A DNA stretch of 64,000 nucleotides from assembly GCA_913064685.1 (NCBI GenBank), contig CAJYAE010000012.1, forward strand, positions 943 to 64,942. Direction: 5' to 3'. Below, in pieces: positions 54,914 to 64,000 of this stretch. Under the pieces are notes generated by a model. The model did not search any database, was not told the DNA's origin, and saw only the letters and a list, made by a program, of their open reading frames with translations. Source of the stretch: an uncultured Gammaproteobacteria bacterium. GTDB lineage: Bacteria; Pseudomonadota; Gammaproteobacteria; Pseudomonadales; Azotimanducaceae. Both the position numbers and the translations under genes were made by a program. The first letter of the stretch is position 1, and the number at the start of each line of letters is the position of its first letter.

Positions 54914-55225
54914 TTGGCAGATTTATCAGCATCGGACCTAGCAGACCAAATAGTCGAAGCAAAAAATTCTCTGGTAGTTTTGGGTCGACGAGTTTTTCGT
55001 ATTTCTTCGGAGTTAAGCAGTCTGGATGAGAGTCAACGGGCGCTCGTGCGACAACTCTCTGAGGACCACGAGCTATTTGACGATCCGCAGATCATATACG
55101 CAAAGATGGATGAGTTTTATAAGGCTTGCACAGGGTATGTCGAATTGCTGAAAGATTTAAACGTCCGCTTGGTTGAACTGTCCGGCCAGCCTCATCAAAC
55201 CGCAGCAGAGGATATTCCACGCTGA
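54914..55225 (+). CDS. Hypothetical acidic 103-aa protein
   Basis: TTG start with AGGAAG 5 nt upstream. Predicted helical, no family recognised. Confidence 0.4.
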   Translation: MADLSASDLADQIVEAKNSLVVLGRRVFRISSELSSLDESQRALVRQLSEDHELFDDPQIIYAKMDEFYKACTGYVELLKDLNVRLVELSGQPHQTAAEDIPR

Positions 55226-55294
55226 GCACAACATACTCGCGGTCTTTGTACTGTGTCCGGACAGCCCTGCCTGAATCTTTGCAAGTAGCTTTGA

Positions 55295-57412
55295 CTAGAG
55301 GTCTGGCCCCATATTCGCCATCGCAAAGGCAAATAAATCAGCGTACTGATCGATGATTTTTTCCGTCGGGGTGCCGGCGCCATGACCGGCGTCTTTTTCT
55401 ATGCGAATCATCACCGGCGCTGAACCGCCCTGCTTTGCCTGTAAGTGCGCTGCAAACTTGAATGAATGCGCAGGCACCACTCGGTCATCATGATCGCCCG
55501 TGGTCACCAGGGTCGCTGGATATTCGGTGCCCCCTTGGACATTGTGCACCGGTGAATACCCCAACAAATAATCGAACATGGCCTTGGATTGCTCGGCTGT
55601 GCCGTAGTCGTATGCCCAACCAGCGCCCGCGGTAAACGTGTGGTAGCGCAGCATATCCAGCACCCCTACTGCGGGTAACGCCACCGCCATGAGATCTGGG
55701 CGCTGGGTCATTACAGCACCCACCAGTAAGCCGCCATTACTGCCGCCACGCACCGCTAAGTGCTGGGCATCGGTGATGCCATTGGCAATTAGATACTCTG
55801 CAGCCGCGATAAAATCATCGAACACATTTTGTTTATTCATCTGGGTACCCGCGTCATGCCAGGCCTTGCCATATTCTCCGCCGCCGCGAAGATTTGGCAC
55901 CGCGTATACACCACCTGCCTCAAGCCAGGCAGCCATCGCACTGGAGAAACTTGGCGTGAGACTAATATTGAAGCCGCCATAGCCGTACAAAATCGTCGGG
56001 TGCACTCGCTCAGGGTCAAGATCAGCACGATGAGTAATAATCATCGGCACCTCCGTGCCGTCCTTCGACTTGAAGAACACCTGTTCGGATACGTAGGCGT
56101 CGCTGTCAAAGGGCGCTTTTGAAGGACGGTAGATTGACGACTCACCGCTCGCAATATCCAACTTAAACAGAGTGCTGGGAGTCTTGTAGTTGTCGAAGCT
56201 GTAGTACACCGTCGTATCGTTAGCCTTACCGTTGAATCCCGCTGCATCGCCGGGACCCGGCAAGGCTATTTCGCGCACCAACTGACCGTCGAGAGAAAAC
56301 TGCTTCACTTGGGAAATGGCGTCCACCATATACTGCGCAAAAAACTGACCTCCCGCCGCTGAGACACTTAACACATGCTCCGTTTCGGCAATCACATCCT
56401 GCCACTGCTGTGGAGCATCTAACTGAAATTTAACCAAGCGACTGTTCGGTGCGGATCGATTAGTTTCCGCGAACAAAGTTCCGTCCTGACTGAAAACAAT
56501 ACTGACATCAGCTGTTTCATCACTTGCGATGATCACCAGCTCTGAATCAGGCTCGGTTAGATCCTTTGCGAACAGGCGGTTTCCCGATGTGGTATTACTC
56601 GCATAGACCACCAGAAATTGCTCGTCTTCAGTGACATACCCAGAGACATAGCGATATTTTTCTTCGACGCCGTCACCAAACACTACCCGATCAGCAGATT
56701 GTGGTGTGCCCAATTGATGAAAGTACAGACGATGGTGATCTGTTTTAGCGGTTAGCTCATTGCCCTCGGGCGAGTCGTAGCGGGAGTAGTAGAACCCCTG
56801 CTCGCCCTGCCACGCTAGACCGCTGAATTTAACGTCGTCGATTTGGTCGATCACTTCGAGGGATTCGGTATCAATAACTTCGACGCTACGCCAATCCGCG
56901 CCACCCTCACTTTTCTGATACGCCGCCAAGTTTCCTGACTTGGCAAACGACAACGCAGCGATAGAGGTCGTGCCGTCCTCGGACAAGGTGTTGGGGTCAA
57001 TAAAAACGCTTTCTTCACCCGCAGCATTGAGGCGATAGACGACCGCTTGGTTTTGTAAACCAGAATTACGCCGGAAGTAAGTGTACTTGCCCTCGTCGAC
57101 CGGCGCGCTCTCGCGCTCATAATCCAAAAGCCTTGCCAAACTTTTCGCGAATGCCTGTTTTTGCGGCAGCGTATCGAGATAAGTAAATGTCACGGCATTT
57201 TGCGCGTCGACCCAGGCACCGGTCGCGGCGCTCATATCGTCCTCTAGCCAGCGGTAAGGATCGGTGACTTCGGTACCGAAGTAGACATCCACAACAGGAT
57301 CTTGCTCGGTATCTGGGTATGTAAACACTGTGTCCTGCTTCATCGACGGCTGCTCACAGGCCGCCACGCAAACACAGCAGATCGCCATAACTAGAGCTGA
57401 ACGCATATTCAC
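55295..57412 (-). CDS. Prolyl oligopeptidase (S9A), exported
   Basis: Leader ...AICCVCVAAC, DPYRWLED, RGGSNGGLLVG (Ser), GDHDDRV (Asp) and AGHGAG (His). Confidence 0.9.
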   Translation of the reverse strand: MNMRSALVMAICCVCVAACEQPSMKQDTVFTYPDTEQDPVVDVYFGTEVTDPYRWLEDDMSAATGAWVDAQNAVTFTYLDTLPQKQAFAKSLARLLDYERESAPVDEGKYTYFRRNSGLQNQAVVYRLNAAGEESVFIDPNTLSEDGTTSIAALSFAKSGNLAAYQKSEGGADWRSVEVIDTESLEVIDQIDDVKFSGLAWQGEQGFYYSRYDSPEGNELTAKTDHHRLYFHQLGTPQSADRVVFGDGVEEKYRYVSGYVTEDEQFLVVYASNTTSGNRLFAKDLTEPDSELVIIASDETADVSIVFSQDGTLFAETNRSAPNSRLVKFQLDAPQQWQDVIAETEHVLSVSAAGGQFFAQYMVDAISQVKQFSLDGQLVREIALPGPGDAAGFNGKANDTTVYYSFDNYKTPSTLFKLDIASGESSIYRPSKAPFDSDAYVSEQVFFKSKDGTEVPMIITHRADLDPERVHPTILYGYGGFNISLTPSFSSAMAAWLEAGGVYAVPNLRGGGEYGKAWHDAGTQMNKQNVFDDFIAAAEYLIANGITDAQHLAVRGGSNGGLLVGAVMTQRPDLMAVALPAVGVLDMLRYHTFTAGAGWAYDYGTAEQSKAMFDYLLGYSPVHNVQGGTEYPATLVTTGDHDDRVVPAHSFKFAAHLQAKQGGSAPVMIRIEKDAGHGAGTPTEKIIDQYADLFAFAMANMGPDL

Positions 57413-57563
57413 TCACTCCTATTATTCCTAGCAATAGAGGATTTAGTCGCTGAGTCTAGCCTAGACCCAGCGCACTTTTAAGATTGGTTTTCCATTAGCC
57501 ACGGCACATCGATCGCGTCATCAGATCACGATCAAAGCCTGCAGCAACACCAAATTTTCCGAG

Positions 57564-59411
57564 TTAATCGAAAATATACGGTTCTAAAGTCTCTTGTGCA
57601 CGGGTTCGATATTTATGCCAAGTACCGCCACCGTAATAGGCCAGACTTCCCGGCTCGGCTTCGCCATGGCCATTGTAATAAGTAATGCAGTCGCGCAATG
57701 GGCGCGTCAACTGATCGGCATCGCGACAATGTTTGGCATAAGTATCTTCGTGCTCAGCCTCTACATCCACCACCCCTTTGCCTTGATCGCGCATGGTTTC
57801 AAGCAGCCAGACCACATAGTCACCATGCTCTTCGATGGCATTGGTGAAATTAAAGCTACCGCCTCCGCCCTGCGGGCCAGAAATCAAAAACAAATTAGGA
57901 AAGCCCTTACTGTGCAATCCAAGGAACGTTTTTGTGCCTTCCTCCTGCCACTTATCGCGCAACGTGCGGCCTTCCCTGCCAACGATCATATTGAAGGTAG
58001 AGGTTGCCATCCACTGAAAGCCTGTCGCGTAAATCAAGACATCTAACGGGTACTCTTTGCCATCATGAACCACCCCTCGTGCGTTGATTTCACTCACCCC
58101 TCTGGGCGCGGTATCAACGAGATGCACATGGGGCAAATTAAAAGTTGGCAAATATTCGTCGTGAAATGTTGGTCGTTTGCAACCGTATGGGTAGTAGGGC
58201 TTCAGCGCCGCCGCTGTAACCGGATCTTCTACGATAGCGTCCACCCGCGCGCGAATTTGCTCCATGATACGGAAATTACTGTCGAGTTGTTTCTGCACCA
58301 ACTCTTCAGGACTTATTTGCTCCGCATGTTGCTTGCGGTCACGAAAATCATCAACACGACCCGCCAGATAGTCATCGTTGGCTTTCATCGCTGTGCGACC
58401 CTGGGAAATTTTTGCAAAACGCGCCCGGCGCGCTTTTGCCCAACCCGGCTCTTTTGCCCACTCTTCAAACTCTTCCACGGACGTTTCACGTTGGTCGCGG
58501 ACATCAATTGATGAGGGCGTGCGCTGAAAAACGCACAACTCTTTGACGATTTTCGCTAACTCAGGGACCGCCTGCACCGCGGTTGCGCCGGTACCGATGA
58601 TACCAACCCGCTTACCCTTAAGGTCGATGTTGTAATCCCAACGCGAAGTATGGAAAGAGTCGCCGGCAAATGACTGCATGCCATCAATGCGCGCTAGCTT
58701 AGGCGTTGTAAGGATGCCATTGGCGAGAACCACAAACTTGGCGCGCATGGCGTCACCACGGTCGGTGTGCACAGTCCAGCGCGTACTGTCTTCATCCCAT
58801 TCAGTTTTTTCCACTGTGGTGTGAAAAAGGCACTTATCATAGAAACCAAACTTTTCTGCCATTTTTTGGCAGTACTCCATAATTTCGAAGCCCGCGGCAA
58901 ATTTCATCGACGGGATGTAATCCATCTCCTCGAGCAATGGCAGGTAACTGTACGACTCAACATCACAAGCAATACCGGGGTAGCGATTCCAATACCAAGT
59001 ACCGCCCACGTCGCCGCCCTTTTCACAAAAGCGAACATTTTCAAAACCTGCCTTTCGCAGCTTATGCCACAGCAATAGCCCTGCAAATCCGGCGCCGACA
59101 ACGAGCACATCGCATTCGTCAGTTAGTGCGTCGCGCGGTACTGGGTCCGCCGAATAAACATCTTCTAGGTAGCGACTAAACTCACCCTTCATTTCGATGT
59201 AGTCGGCGGCACCGGCTCGAGCCTCTTTAAACGCTTTATATTTGGCCTGCTCTTCTGCGTCGAACACGGCGCCAACCGGCTCTGGAGGTAGGGTTTTAAG
59301 CGCCTCATCAGTAATGGTGGAATAACCCTTACCAGTAATTTTTTCCGACGCCTTCGCAGCACGAGTATTAAAGACTTTTAACCCGCTTACTGGATCTATC
59401 TTTATCGACAT
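57564..59411 (-). CDS. Baeyer-Villiger monooxygenase, long (HAPMO-like) type, copy 2
   Basis: GAGFAGL, GGTWYWNRYPGIACDVESY, FAGDSFHTSRWD and GIIGTGATAVQ. ATG 59411 follows AGGAGG. Confidence 0.9.
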   Translation of the reverse strand: MSIKIDPVSGLKVFNTRAAKASEKITGKGYSTITDEALKTLPPEPVGAVFDAEEQAKYKAFKEARAGAADYIEMKGEFSRYLEDVYSADPVPRDALTDECDVLVVGAGFAGLLLWHKLRKAGFENVRFCEKGGDVGGTWYWNRYPGIACDVESYSYLPLLEEMDYIPSMKFAAGFEIMEYCQKMAEKFGFYDKCLFHTTVEKTEWDEDSTRWTVHTDRGDAMRAKFVVLANGILTTPKLARIDGMQSFAGDSFHTSRWDYNIDLKGKRVGIIGTGATAVQAVPELAKIVKELCVFQRTPSSIDVRDQRETSVEEFEEWAKEPGWAKARRARFAKISQGRTAMKANDDYLAGRVDDFRDRKQHAEQISPEELVQKQLDSNFRIMEQIRARVDAIVEDPVTAAALKPYYPYGCKRPTFHDEYLPTFNLPHVHLVDTAPRGVSEINARGVVHDGKEYPLDVLIYATGFQWMATSTFNMIVGREGRTLRDKWQEEGTKTFLGLHSKGFPNLFLISGPQGGGGSFNFTNAIEEHGDYVVWLLETMRDQGKGVVDVEAEHEDTYAKHCRDADQLTRPLRDCITYYNGHGEAEPGSLAYYGGGTWHKYRTRAQETLEPYIFD

Positions 59412-59517
59412 GTATCCTCCTTTTTTCAAGCACGCAATGTATCAGTCAAATGCATGCCTAACACAATTAATTTGGTAAATAGCGATAATCAAAAGATCCC
59501 ACTCAGGCGCGCCTATA

Positions 59518-60255
59518 CTATTTCTTAGCAAACTCGCGTAACCGCTCTTCCATATCAGGCCCGCGACCGGGACTATTTTGCCGCTCCCAGGCTAGCCCCT
59601 CCTGCAATGTGTTATCCAAACCGCCGTTAATAAGCATTTTATCGGCACGCAGAGTGAACCAAGAATTGCCCAAGAAGCTCTTTGCCATGGCAACCGCCTC
59701 TAGCAATAAATCCCCTTCAGCAACACAGCGATTTGCTAAACCCATGGCGACCGCTTCCTCGCCACCAATCACCCTGCCAGAAAACATCATTTCTTTGGCT
59801 GCGAGCAAACCCACCCGCCTGGGCAGGCGCTGGCTCATTCCCCAAGTCGGCGACATCCCCCACTTACCATGGGTATCACAAAACCGCACATTGTCTGCGG
59901 CAATCAACAAATCGCAGGCGATGGCTAACTCCAGAGCGCCGGTGTAGCAGTGTCCTTGTACGGCCGCAATTACCGGCTGGGGCAAGCGCTCAATCGCATC
60001 AAGTGTTTCGGCCTGAAAATGCGTAGAAGGCGGCCTTTCGCCCGACTGAATGGCTTTGAGATCGTTACCCGCAGAAAATGACCGTCCCTCACCACGCAAG
60101 ATGACGCAACCTACTGTTTCGGTTTGCTCTGCAATAGCGTCGATATGTGCCCTAAGCTCATTGAACAAACTAGGACTCAACGCATTCAACATATCCGGTC
60201 GATTGAGACTGAGAATAGCAATACCTGAATCATCCGATCTGCTTACGAGTTCCAT
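59518..60255 (-). CDS. Enoyl-CoA hydratase/isomerase (crotonase) family
   Basis: ILSLNRPDMLNAL, FSAGNDLK and GHCYTGALELAIACD. Confidence 0.85.
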   Translation of the reverse strand: MELVSRSDDSGIAILSLNRPDMLNALSPSLFNELRAHIDAIAEQTETVGCVILRGEGRSFSAGNDLKAIQSGERPPSTHFQAETLDAIERLPQPVIAAVQGHCYTGALELAIACDLLIAADNVRFCDTHGKWGMSPTWGMSQRLPRRVGLLAAKEMMFSGRVIGGEEAVAMGLANRCVAEGDLLLEAVAMAKSFLGNSWFTLRADKMLINGGLDNTLQEGLAWERQNSPGRGPDMEERLREFAKK

Positions 60256-60308
60256 TGTTAATGCTCCGTCTTATGGCGTATTAAGTAAGGGGTATAATTT
60301 TGCCGCGC

Positions 60309-61310
60309 TCAACAATATTTTTCAGGTCCTTTCCATTGCCCATGGGCATAGCGGTCGCCATGACACCAGCCGATAGGCAGGACACTTTCTATTGCCGCCA
60401 AATCTGTTGTGCTTAATCTCAGGTCAACGCCCGCAGCCAACTCATTGAGATGCGCCACCGAGCGAGTACCGGGGATTGGCAATACGTGGTCGCCTTGCGC
60501 AAGCAACCAGGCGATTGCCAGACCTGAGGTGGAGATACCCATTTCCGCAGCCAGCGCACGGAAACCACTGGAGGCCTCAATATTCCGCGGATAAGTGTCT
60601 TGCTGAAAGCGCGGATTGATTTTCATAAAGGTCAGATTTTGGCAGGCCTCAAAAGATAACGGGTGATCCGTTAGTAGCGAGCGACCAATGGGGCTAAATG
60701 CCACCAGCGCTGCATCAAGCTGGGCAGTTTTTTGCACCAGACCCATTTCCGGCGAGCGTGTTGCCAGCGAATACTCGGACTGCACAGCAGCTACCGGATG
60801 CACCTCGTTAGCGACCTCAAGAGATGTAGGCGCTATTTCAGAAAACCCAATCTGCCGCGTCTTACCTTTTTTTACCAGCATCGCCAGCGATTCGGCCACT
60901 TCCTCGATCGGCACACTCGCGTCCCGCCGATGCACATAGAGCAATTCAACCTGCTCAACGCCCAGACGCTGCAAGGATTTATCCAATTCGGATTCCAAGT
61001 GCGCCAGAGTATTGTCAAAGTGACGAGTTCCATCGGGCTTACTGGTGATACCCGCCTTAGTAGCAATGGTAAAAAAATCCTGAGCCTGTTTACCTTGCTT
61101 CGCCAGATAGGCACCGATGCGGTGCTCCGACCGGCCCAGCCCATAAACATTCGAGGTGTCGATATGGGTAATACCAAGGTCTAAACAGCGGTCGAGGATG
61201 GCATAAGACTTGTCATCATCGGTGGGGCCATAAAAGTCACTGAATGACATGGCGCCATAGCCCATGGCTGACACCGGGGTTTTTGCCTGCCCAAGTAGTC
61301 GTTGCTGCAT
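60309..61310 (-). CDS. Aldo/keto reductase
   Basis: MGYGAMSFSDFYG, HIDTSNVYG, LLYVHRRD and IPGTRSVAHL. Confidence 0.9.
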   Translation of the reverse strand: MQQRLLGQAKTPVSAMGYGAMSFSDFYGPTDDDKSYAILDRCLDLGITHIDTSNVYGLGRSEHRIGAYLAKQGKQAQDFFTIATKAGITSKPDGTRHFDNTLAHLESELDKSLQRLGVEQVELLYVHRRDASVPIEEVAESLAMLVKKGKTRQIGFSEIAPTSLEVANEVHPVAAVQSEYSLATRSPEMGLVQKTAQLDAALVAFSPIGRSLLTDHPLSFEACQNLTFMKINPRFQQDTYPRNIEASSGFRALAAEMGISTSGLAIAWLLAQGDHVLPIPGTRSVAHLNELAAGVDLRLSTTDLAAIESVLPIGWCHGDRYAHGQWKGPEKYC

Positions 61311-61433
61311 AACATGCTCCTCTTTCTAGTATTAGGAAAATAAGTGCTAGCAAGGCGCCAGAGCAACCGTGATCGCCCTGGACAAAACCTAAGCGCACAC
61401 ATCCGCGCTTATTGGGGGGAACGCGACGGTCTA

Positions 61434-62768
61434 CTACCCCCCCTGCGCAGGAATGATCCAGGTGTCGGCTGCAATACGCCCACCCATTTCCTCAACCACG
61501 GCACGATCAATAATCTGCAGGCCCGTTGCTGACATATCTACAAAATTATCGACCCCGTTGGACACAGGAAAACCGGTACGCGTGCGGTGAATGTTGTAGC
61601 GCCCGGAAAATTCGCGGCCAAAGATCTGTTCGATACCTTCCTGACCTTCCATGAATCCCAACAGACCGCCCCAAGTTGCTGCCGGATTGTCAGAATCCCA
61701 ACCCGCCAACACAGCGATTTTAACCGTTTCCTGCCAATCGCCTTCGCCAAAGAACAAACTCACTAAACTGGCCGCGAAGTTGATGCTGGCAGAAACACAT
61801 CCGTTACAGCCTAAATTACGCGAGGTGATGTCATAACCATCTTGCTCTTCAACTTGATACCTCTGATACACCTCATCTCTAGCCTGTTCCCAAGGTATAC
61901 CTGCCGCGTAACGGCTCTTCACGAAGTCATACATAAGCGCGGAAACCGACTGATCCGGAAGGTAACCTCGAGCCTGCTCAGACATCCACTCCAGCTGCTG
62001 TTTTCTCGAAAGTTTCGGGTCAACTACAGAAGCTAGGGCATGCATGACAATATAAAATTCAGAGGCCAGCGCGGCCTCCGCCCGTGCCGTCGTGCGGATT
62101 GGCAGGTAGGCCATCTTCAAAGCCGCATCAGGCCTACCGGGCGCAAACAGACCAAAGATCTCAGTGGTCAGCTGCGCATCGATCATGTCGTAATGCTCAT
62201 TGAGCTTTGGGTCACTGGTCGCCGGCGGCACTACGCCCTCCAACATAAGATCATGAGCACGCTGATTGGAGACCCATAGAAAATTTTCGCCCTTACCCGC
62301 AGTATTCTTTAGCGGTGAGTTGCGCTCGTCATATATATGCGTTAACCACCCGTCCCGAATTTGCTCACCCGTGAGCAGTGATGTTTGGTGGGTCGCAAGC
62401 AGATGCTGATAGATGTACTCAATATCAGTGTCGTCGTCCGAACCCCATATTTCATTGGGCCCGCGATAAACCCAGTCAATGGTTAGCGACAATCTTGGAA
62501 ATGTGGAACCGCCGATATTCGGCAAATCTTGGGTGCCCCAGTCTTCTCGCGTATAAAATTTTCCCGCGACGCCCGAGCCACCGATTTTGTCCATTTCCGT
62601 GACGATACCGGTCCAATTGGCAATGGTTTGGCCCAACCAAAACCCCTGCAATTTCTGCTGATAGTCCGATCGAGAAATTGATAACTCGTCAGCTTTGGCG
62701 CTGAAAGATGAGCAGCCAATCAGCAAAAGTAGCGTGGACGCCAGCTTTTTTGAACTAAAGCCTCGCAT
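61434..62768 (-). CDS. Lipoprotein of the ADP-ribosylglycohydrolase (ARH/DraG) fold
   Basis: Lipobox LLLIGC. GFWLGQTIANWTG aligns with the ARH N-terminal G-x-x-x-G-D-A-x-G region but with Asn for Asp. SDDDTDIEY is present, and LAGWDSDNPAATWGGLLG aligns with GGDTDTxAAIxGAxxG. Confidence 0.65.
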   Translation of the reverse strand: MRGFSSKKLASTLLLLIGCSSFSAKADELSISRSDYQQKLQGFWLGQTIANWTGIVTEMDKIGGSGVAGKFYTREDWGTQDLPNIGGSTFPRLSLTIDWVYRGPNEIWGSDDDTDIEYIYQHLLATHQTSLLTGEQIRDGWLTHIYDERNSPLKNTAGKGENFLWVSNQRAHDLMLEGVVPPATSDPKLNEHYDMIDAQLTTEIFGLFAPGRPDAALKMAYLPIRTTARAEAALASEFYIVMHALASVVDPKLSRKQQLEWMSEQARGYLPDQSVSALMYDFVKSRYAAGIPWEQARDEVYQRYQVEEQDGYDITSRNLGCNGCVSASINFAASLVSLFFGEGDWQETVKIAVLAGWDSDNPAATWGGLLGFMEGQEGIEQIFGREFSGRYNIHRTRTGFPVSNGVDNFVDMSATGLQIIDRAVVEEMGGRIAADTWIIPAQGG

Positions 62769-62837
62769 ATGAATCCTCCTTTCCCCGTTAGTTTCCTCAC
62801 GCTCAACGCTACCAAATTTCGGCTTCGTACACCCGCG

Positions 62838-63779
62838 CTAAAATGCGCGGTCAGCGCGCCAGCGATCCAGCACAACAGCCAGCACAATCACCACGCCAGT
62901 AACCACACGCTTAAAGGGCTCGGACACACCAATCTGTGCCAACCCGTTCTGCAACACTGCAATAATCAACACGCCGATGAAGGCGCTGAAGATCGAACCG
63001 CGCCCGCCCATGAGACTTGTACCACCAATCACCGCCGCAGCAATGGCGGCTAGTTCAAGCCCAGATCCAGCATTTGGATCCGTTGACCCCAAATAGGCGG
63101 CATTCATCAAACCCGCAAGGCCAGCCAGAGTACCGGATAAACACAGCACGACCAGTAACGTGCGCTTGGGATCGATCCCTGACATGCGCGCGGCCTCCGA
63201 GTTGGTACCCACAGCGATCACATGTCGACCAAACACGGTCGAGGTGAGCACAAAATGCGCAACAGCCACGACCACCAGAGCGCATAAAAATGCAGGGGTA
63301 AGCCCAAGCCAGGAGATAGGCTGCACTAACCCCTGAATAGCGCTGCCGATATATACGGTTTGCGAATCGGTGATTAGATATGCCGCGCCCCGCGCCGCCT
63401 CCAACATGCCTAGGGTAACGATGAATACCGGCAACCGGAGATAGCTGCCCAACAATCCATTGACCAATCCGGCAATAGCACCGGCAGTTACACCGGCGAG
63501 AGCAGCCACAGGAATGGAGAATCCGGCCGCGACACTGACGCCAATTACCGCCGAACTTAGGGCAAGCACCGAACCCACTGACAGATCGATGCCGCCACAA
63601 ATAAGCACGAAGGTCATCCCCACTGTGACTAATGTCAGCGCTGGCAATTGGTTTAAGATCGCCGAAAAAGTCGCAAATGATAAAAAGTTTTCTGCCGCAA
63701 GCGCGAAGGTTGCAAGAATCACCAACAGCGAGACCAGCACCAAATATTGGTTTATCCAGCGCAGCAGCACAGTGAACAT
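62838..63779 (-). CDS. Sugar ABC transporter permease (RbsC/monosaccharide family)
   Basis: 313 aa with about 9 TM. ICGGIDLSVGS and GGTSLMGGRGS are typical of ribose-type permeases. Confidence 0.85.
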   Translation of the reverse strand: MFTVLLRWINQYLVLVSLLVILATFALAAENFLSFATFSAILNQLPALTLVTVGMTFVLICGGIDLSVGSVLALSSAVIGVSVAAGFSIPVAALAGVTAGAIAGLVNGLLGSYLRLPVFIVTLGMLEAARGAAYLITDSQTVYIGSAIQGLVQPISWLGLTPAFLCALVVVAVAHFVLTSTVFGRHVIAVGTNSEAARMSGIDPKRTLLVVLCLSGTLAGLAGLMNAAYLGSTDPNAGSGLELAAIAAAVIGGTSLMGGRGSIFSAFIGVLIIAVLQNGLAQIGVSEPFKRVVTGVVIVLAVVLDRWRADRAF

Positions 63780-63780
63780 A

Positions 63781-64000
63781 TCAGGCTACCTGAGCAGAAT
63801 TGTGGGTGGAAAATGCAGCCGCTAGGATCTCATCTTGATTGAACTCCTCACGCTCAAAGGTGCGCAACAAGTGCCCCGATGACATCACTGCAACACGGTC
63901 ACATAGAGCCAGTAATTCTTGCAGTTCCGATGACGCGATAACCACACAAAGACCCTGATCGCGCAACTCGCGTAACAAGTCATGAATCGCCAGCTTTGCC
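63781..64000 (-). CDS. Sugar ABC transporter ATP-binding protein, C-terminal part; gene runs off the right edge
   Basis: The open frame continues to the window edge (...AKLAIHDLLRELRDQGLCVVIASSELQELLALCDRVAVMSSG...), as in the second NBD of RbsA-type ATPases. Its stop lies 1 nt before the permease start. Confidence 0.8.
   Translation of the reverse strand, partial: AKLAIHDLLRELRDQGLCVVIASSELQELLALCDRVAVMSSGHLLRTFEREEFNQDEILAAAFSTHNSAQVA

Noticed and set aside
266-63600. Many track ORFs lie wholly inside, or antisense to, well-supported genes. Examples are 339-578(-), 3754-4428(+), 10036-10745, 14484-14828(+), 25621-26106(-), 30186-30800(+), 41170-41541(-), 52113-52487(+), 58065-58511(+), 60732-61184(+) and 63055-63600(-).
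   Set aside because: Each is fully overlapped by a CDS with clear family motifs. Their translations are Arg/Pro/Ser/Cys-rich and low in complexity, typical of shadow frames in moderately GC-rich DNA. None has a convincing SD.
1-64000. I searched by eye for tRNA/rRNA genes, CRISPR repeats, IS elements, integrases, toxin-antitoxin pairs and defence-type genes (nucleases, helicases, STAND/AAA ATPases, methyltransferase-restriction pairs).
   Set aside because: None was found. The only SAM methyltransferase (12769-13590) is a small-molecule class I type with no partner. No evenly spaced direct repeats and no T-loop-like GGTTCGAATCC motifs in a non-coding context were seen. The window therefore does not look like a classical defence or mobile island, apart from the small insert at 4997-5469.

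Overview
This is a densely coding 64-kb chromosomal segment with about 70 CDS on both strands and G+C a little over 50% by eye. Gene content suggests a marine or aquatic Gammaproteobacterium with a large oxidative and xenobiotic repertoire, but that taxonomic guess is inference only. I found no rRNA, tRNA, CRISPR array, transposase, integrase, phage gene or recognisable defence gene. The window holds five GST-fold genes, four VOC/glyoxalase-fold genes, four SDRs and two long-form Baeyer-Villiger monooxygenases. It also holds a CYP153-type P450, a salicylate-hydroxylase-like flavoprotein, a haloalkane dehalogenase and several esterases or serine hydrolases. Further genes are CaiB-type CoA-transferases with an acyl-CoA dehydrogenase, an acyl-CoA ligase, a GH2 glycosidase, a prolyl oligopeptidase and transporters (SSF, YeiH, LysE, partial sugar ABC). 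Five loci stand out. (1) An orf89-sodN-sodX-azurin cluster (51.0-52.6 kb) has a non-canonical Ni-hook. (2) The same 21-bp Fur-like operator sits upstream of that cluster and upstream of a neighbouring operon for a siderophore-interacting protein and a DUF2470 protein. (3) A 454-bp AT-rich insert (4997-5469) is bounded by a perfect 19-bp direct repeat and carries an orphan 86-aa ORF. (4) A deletion scar at 32.6-32.9 kb joins the N-terminus of an acyl-CoA dehydrogenase to the C-terminus of a CoA-transferase, and a TetR gene at 35.6 kb carries an in-frame stop. (5) A lipoprotein of the ADP-ribosylglycohydrolase fold lies next to a sugar ABC transporter. I did not find a clear multi-gene novel system of the defence type. 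The best candidates for something undescribed are given below with modest scores.
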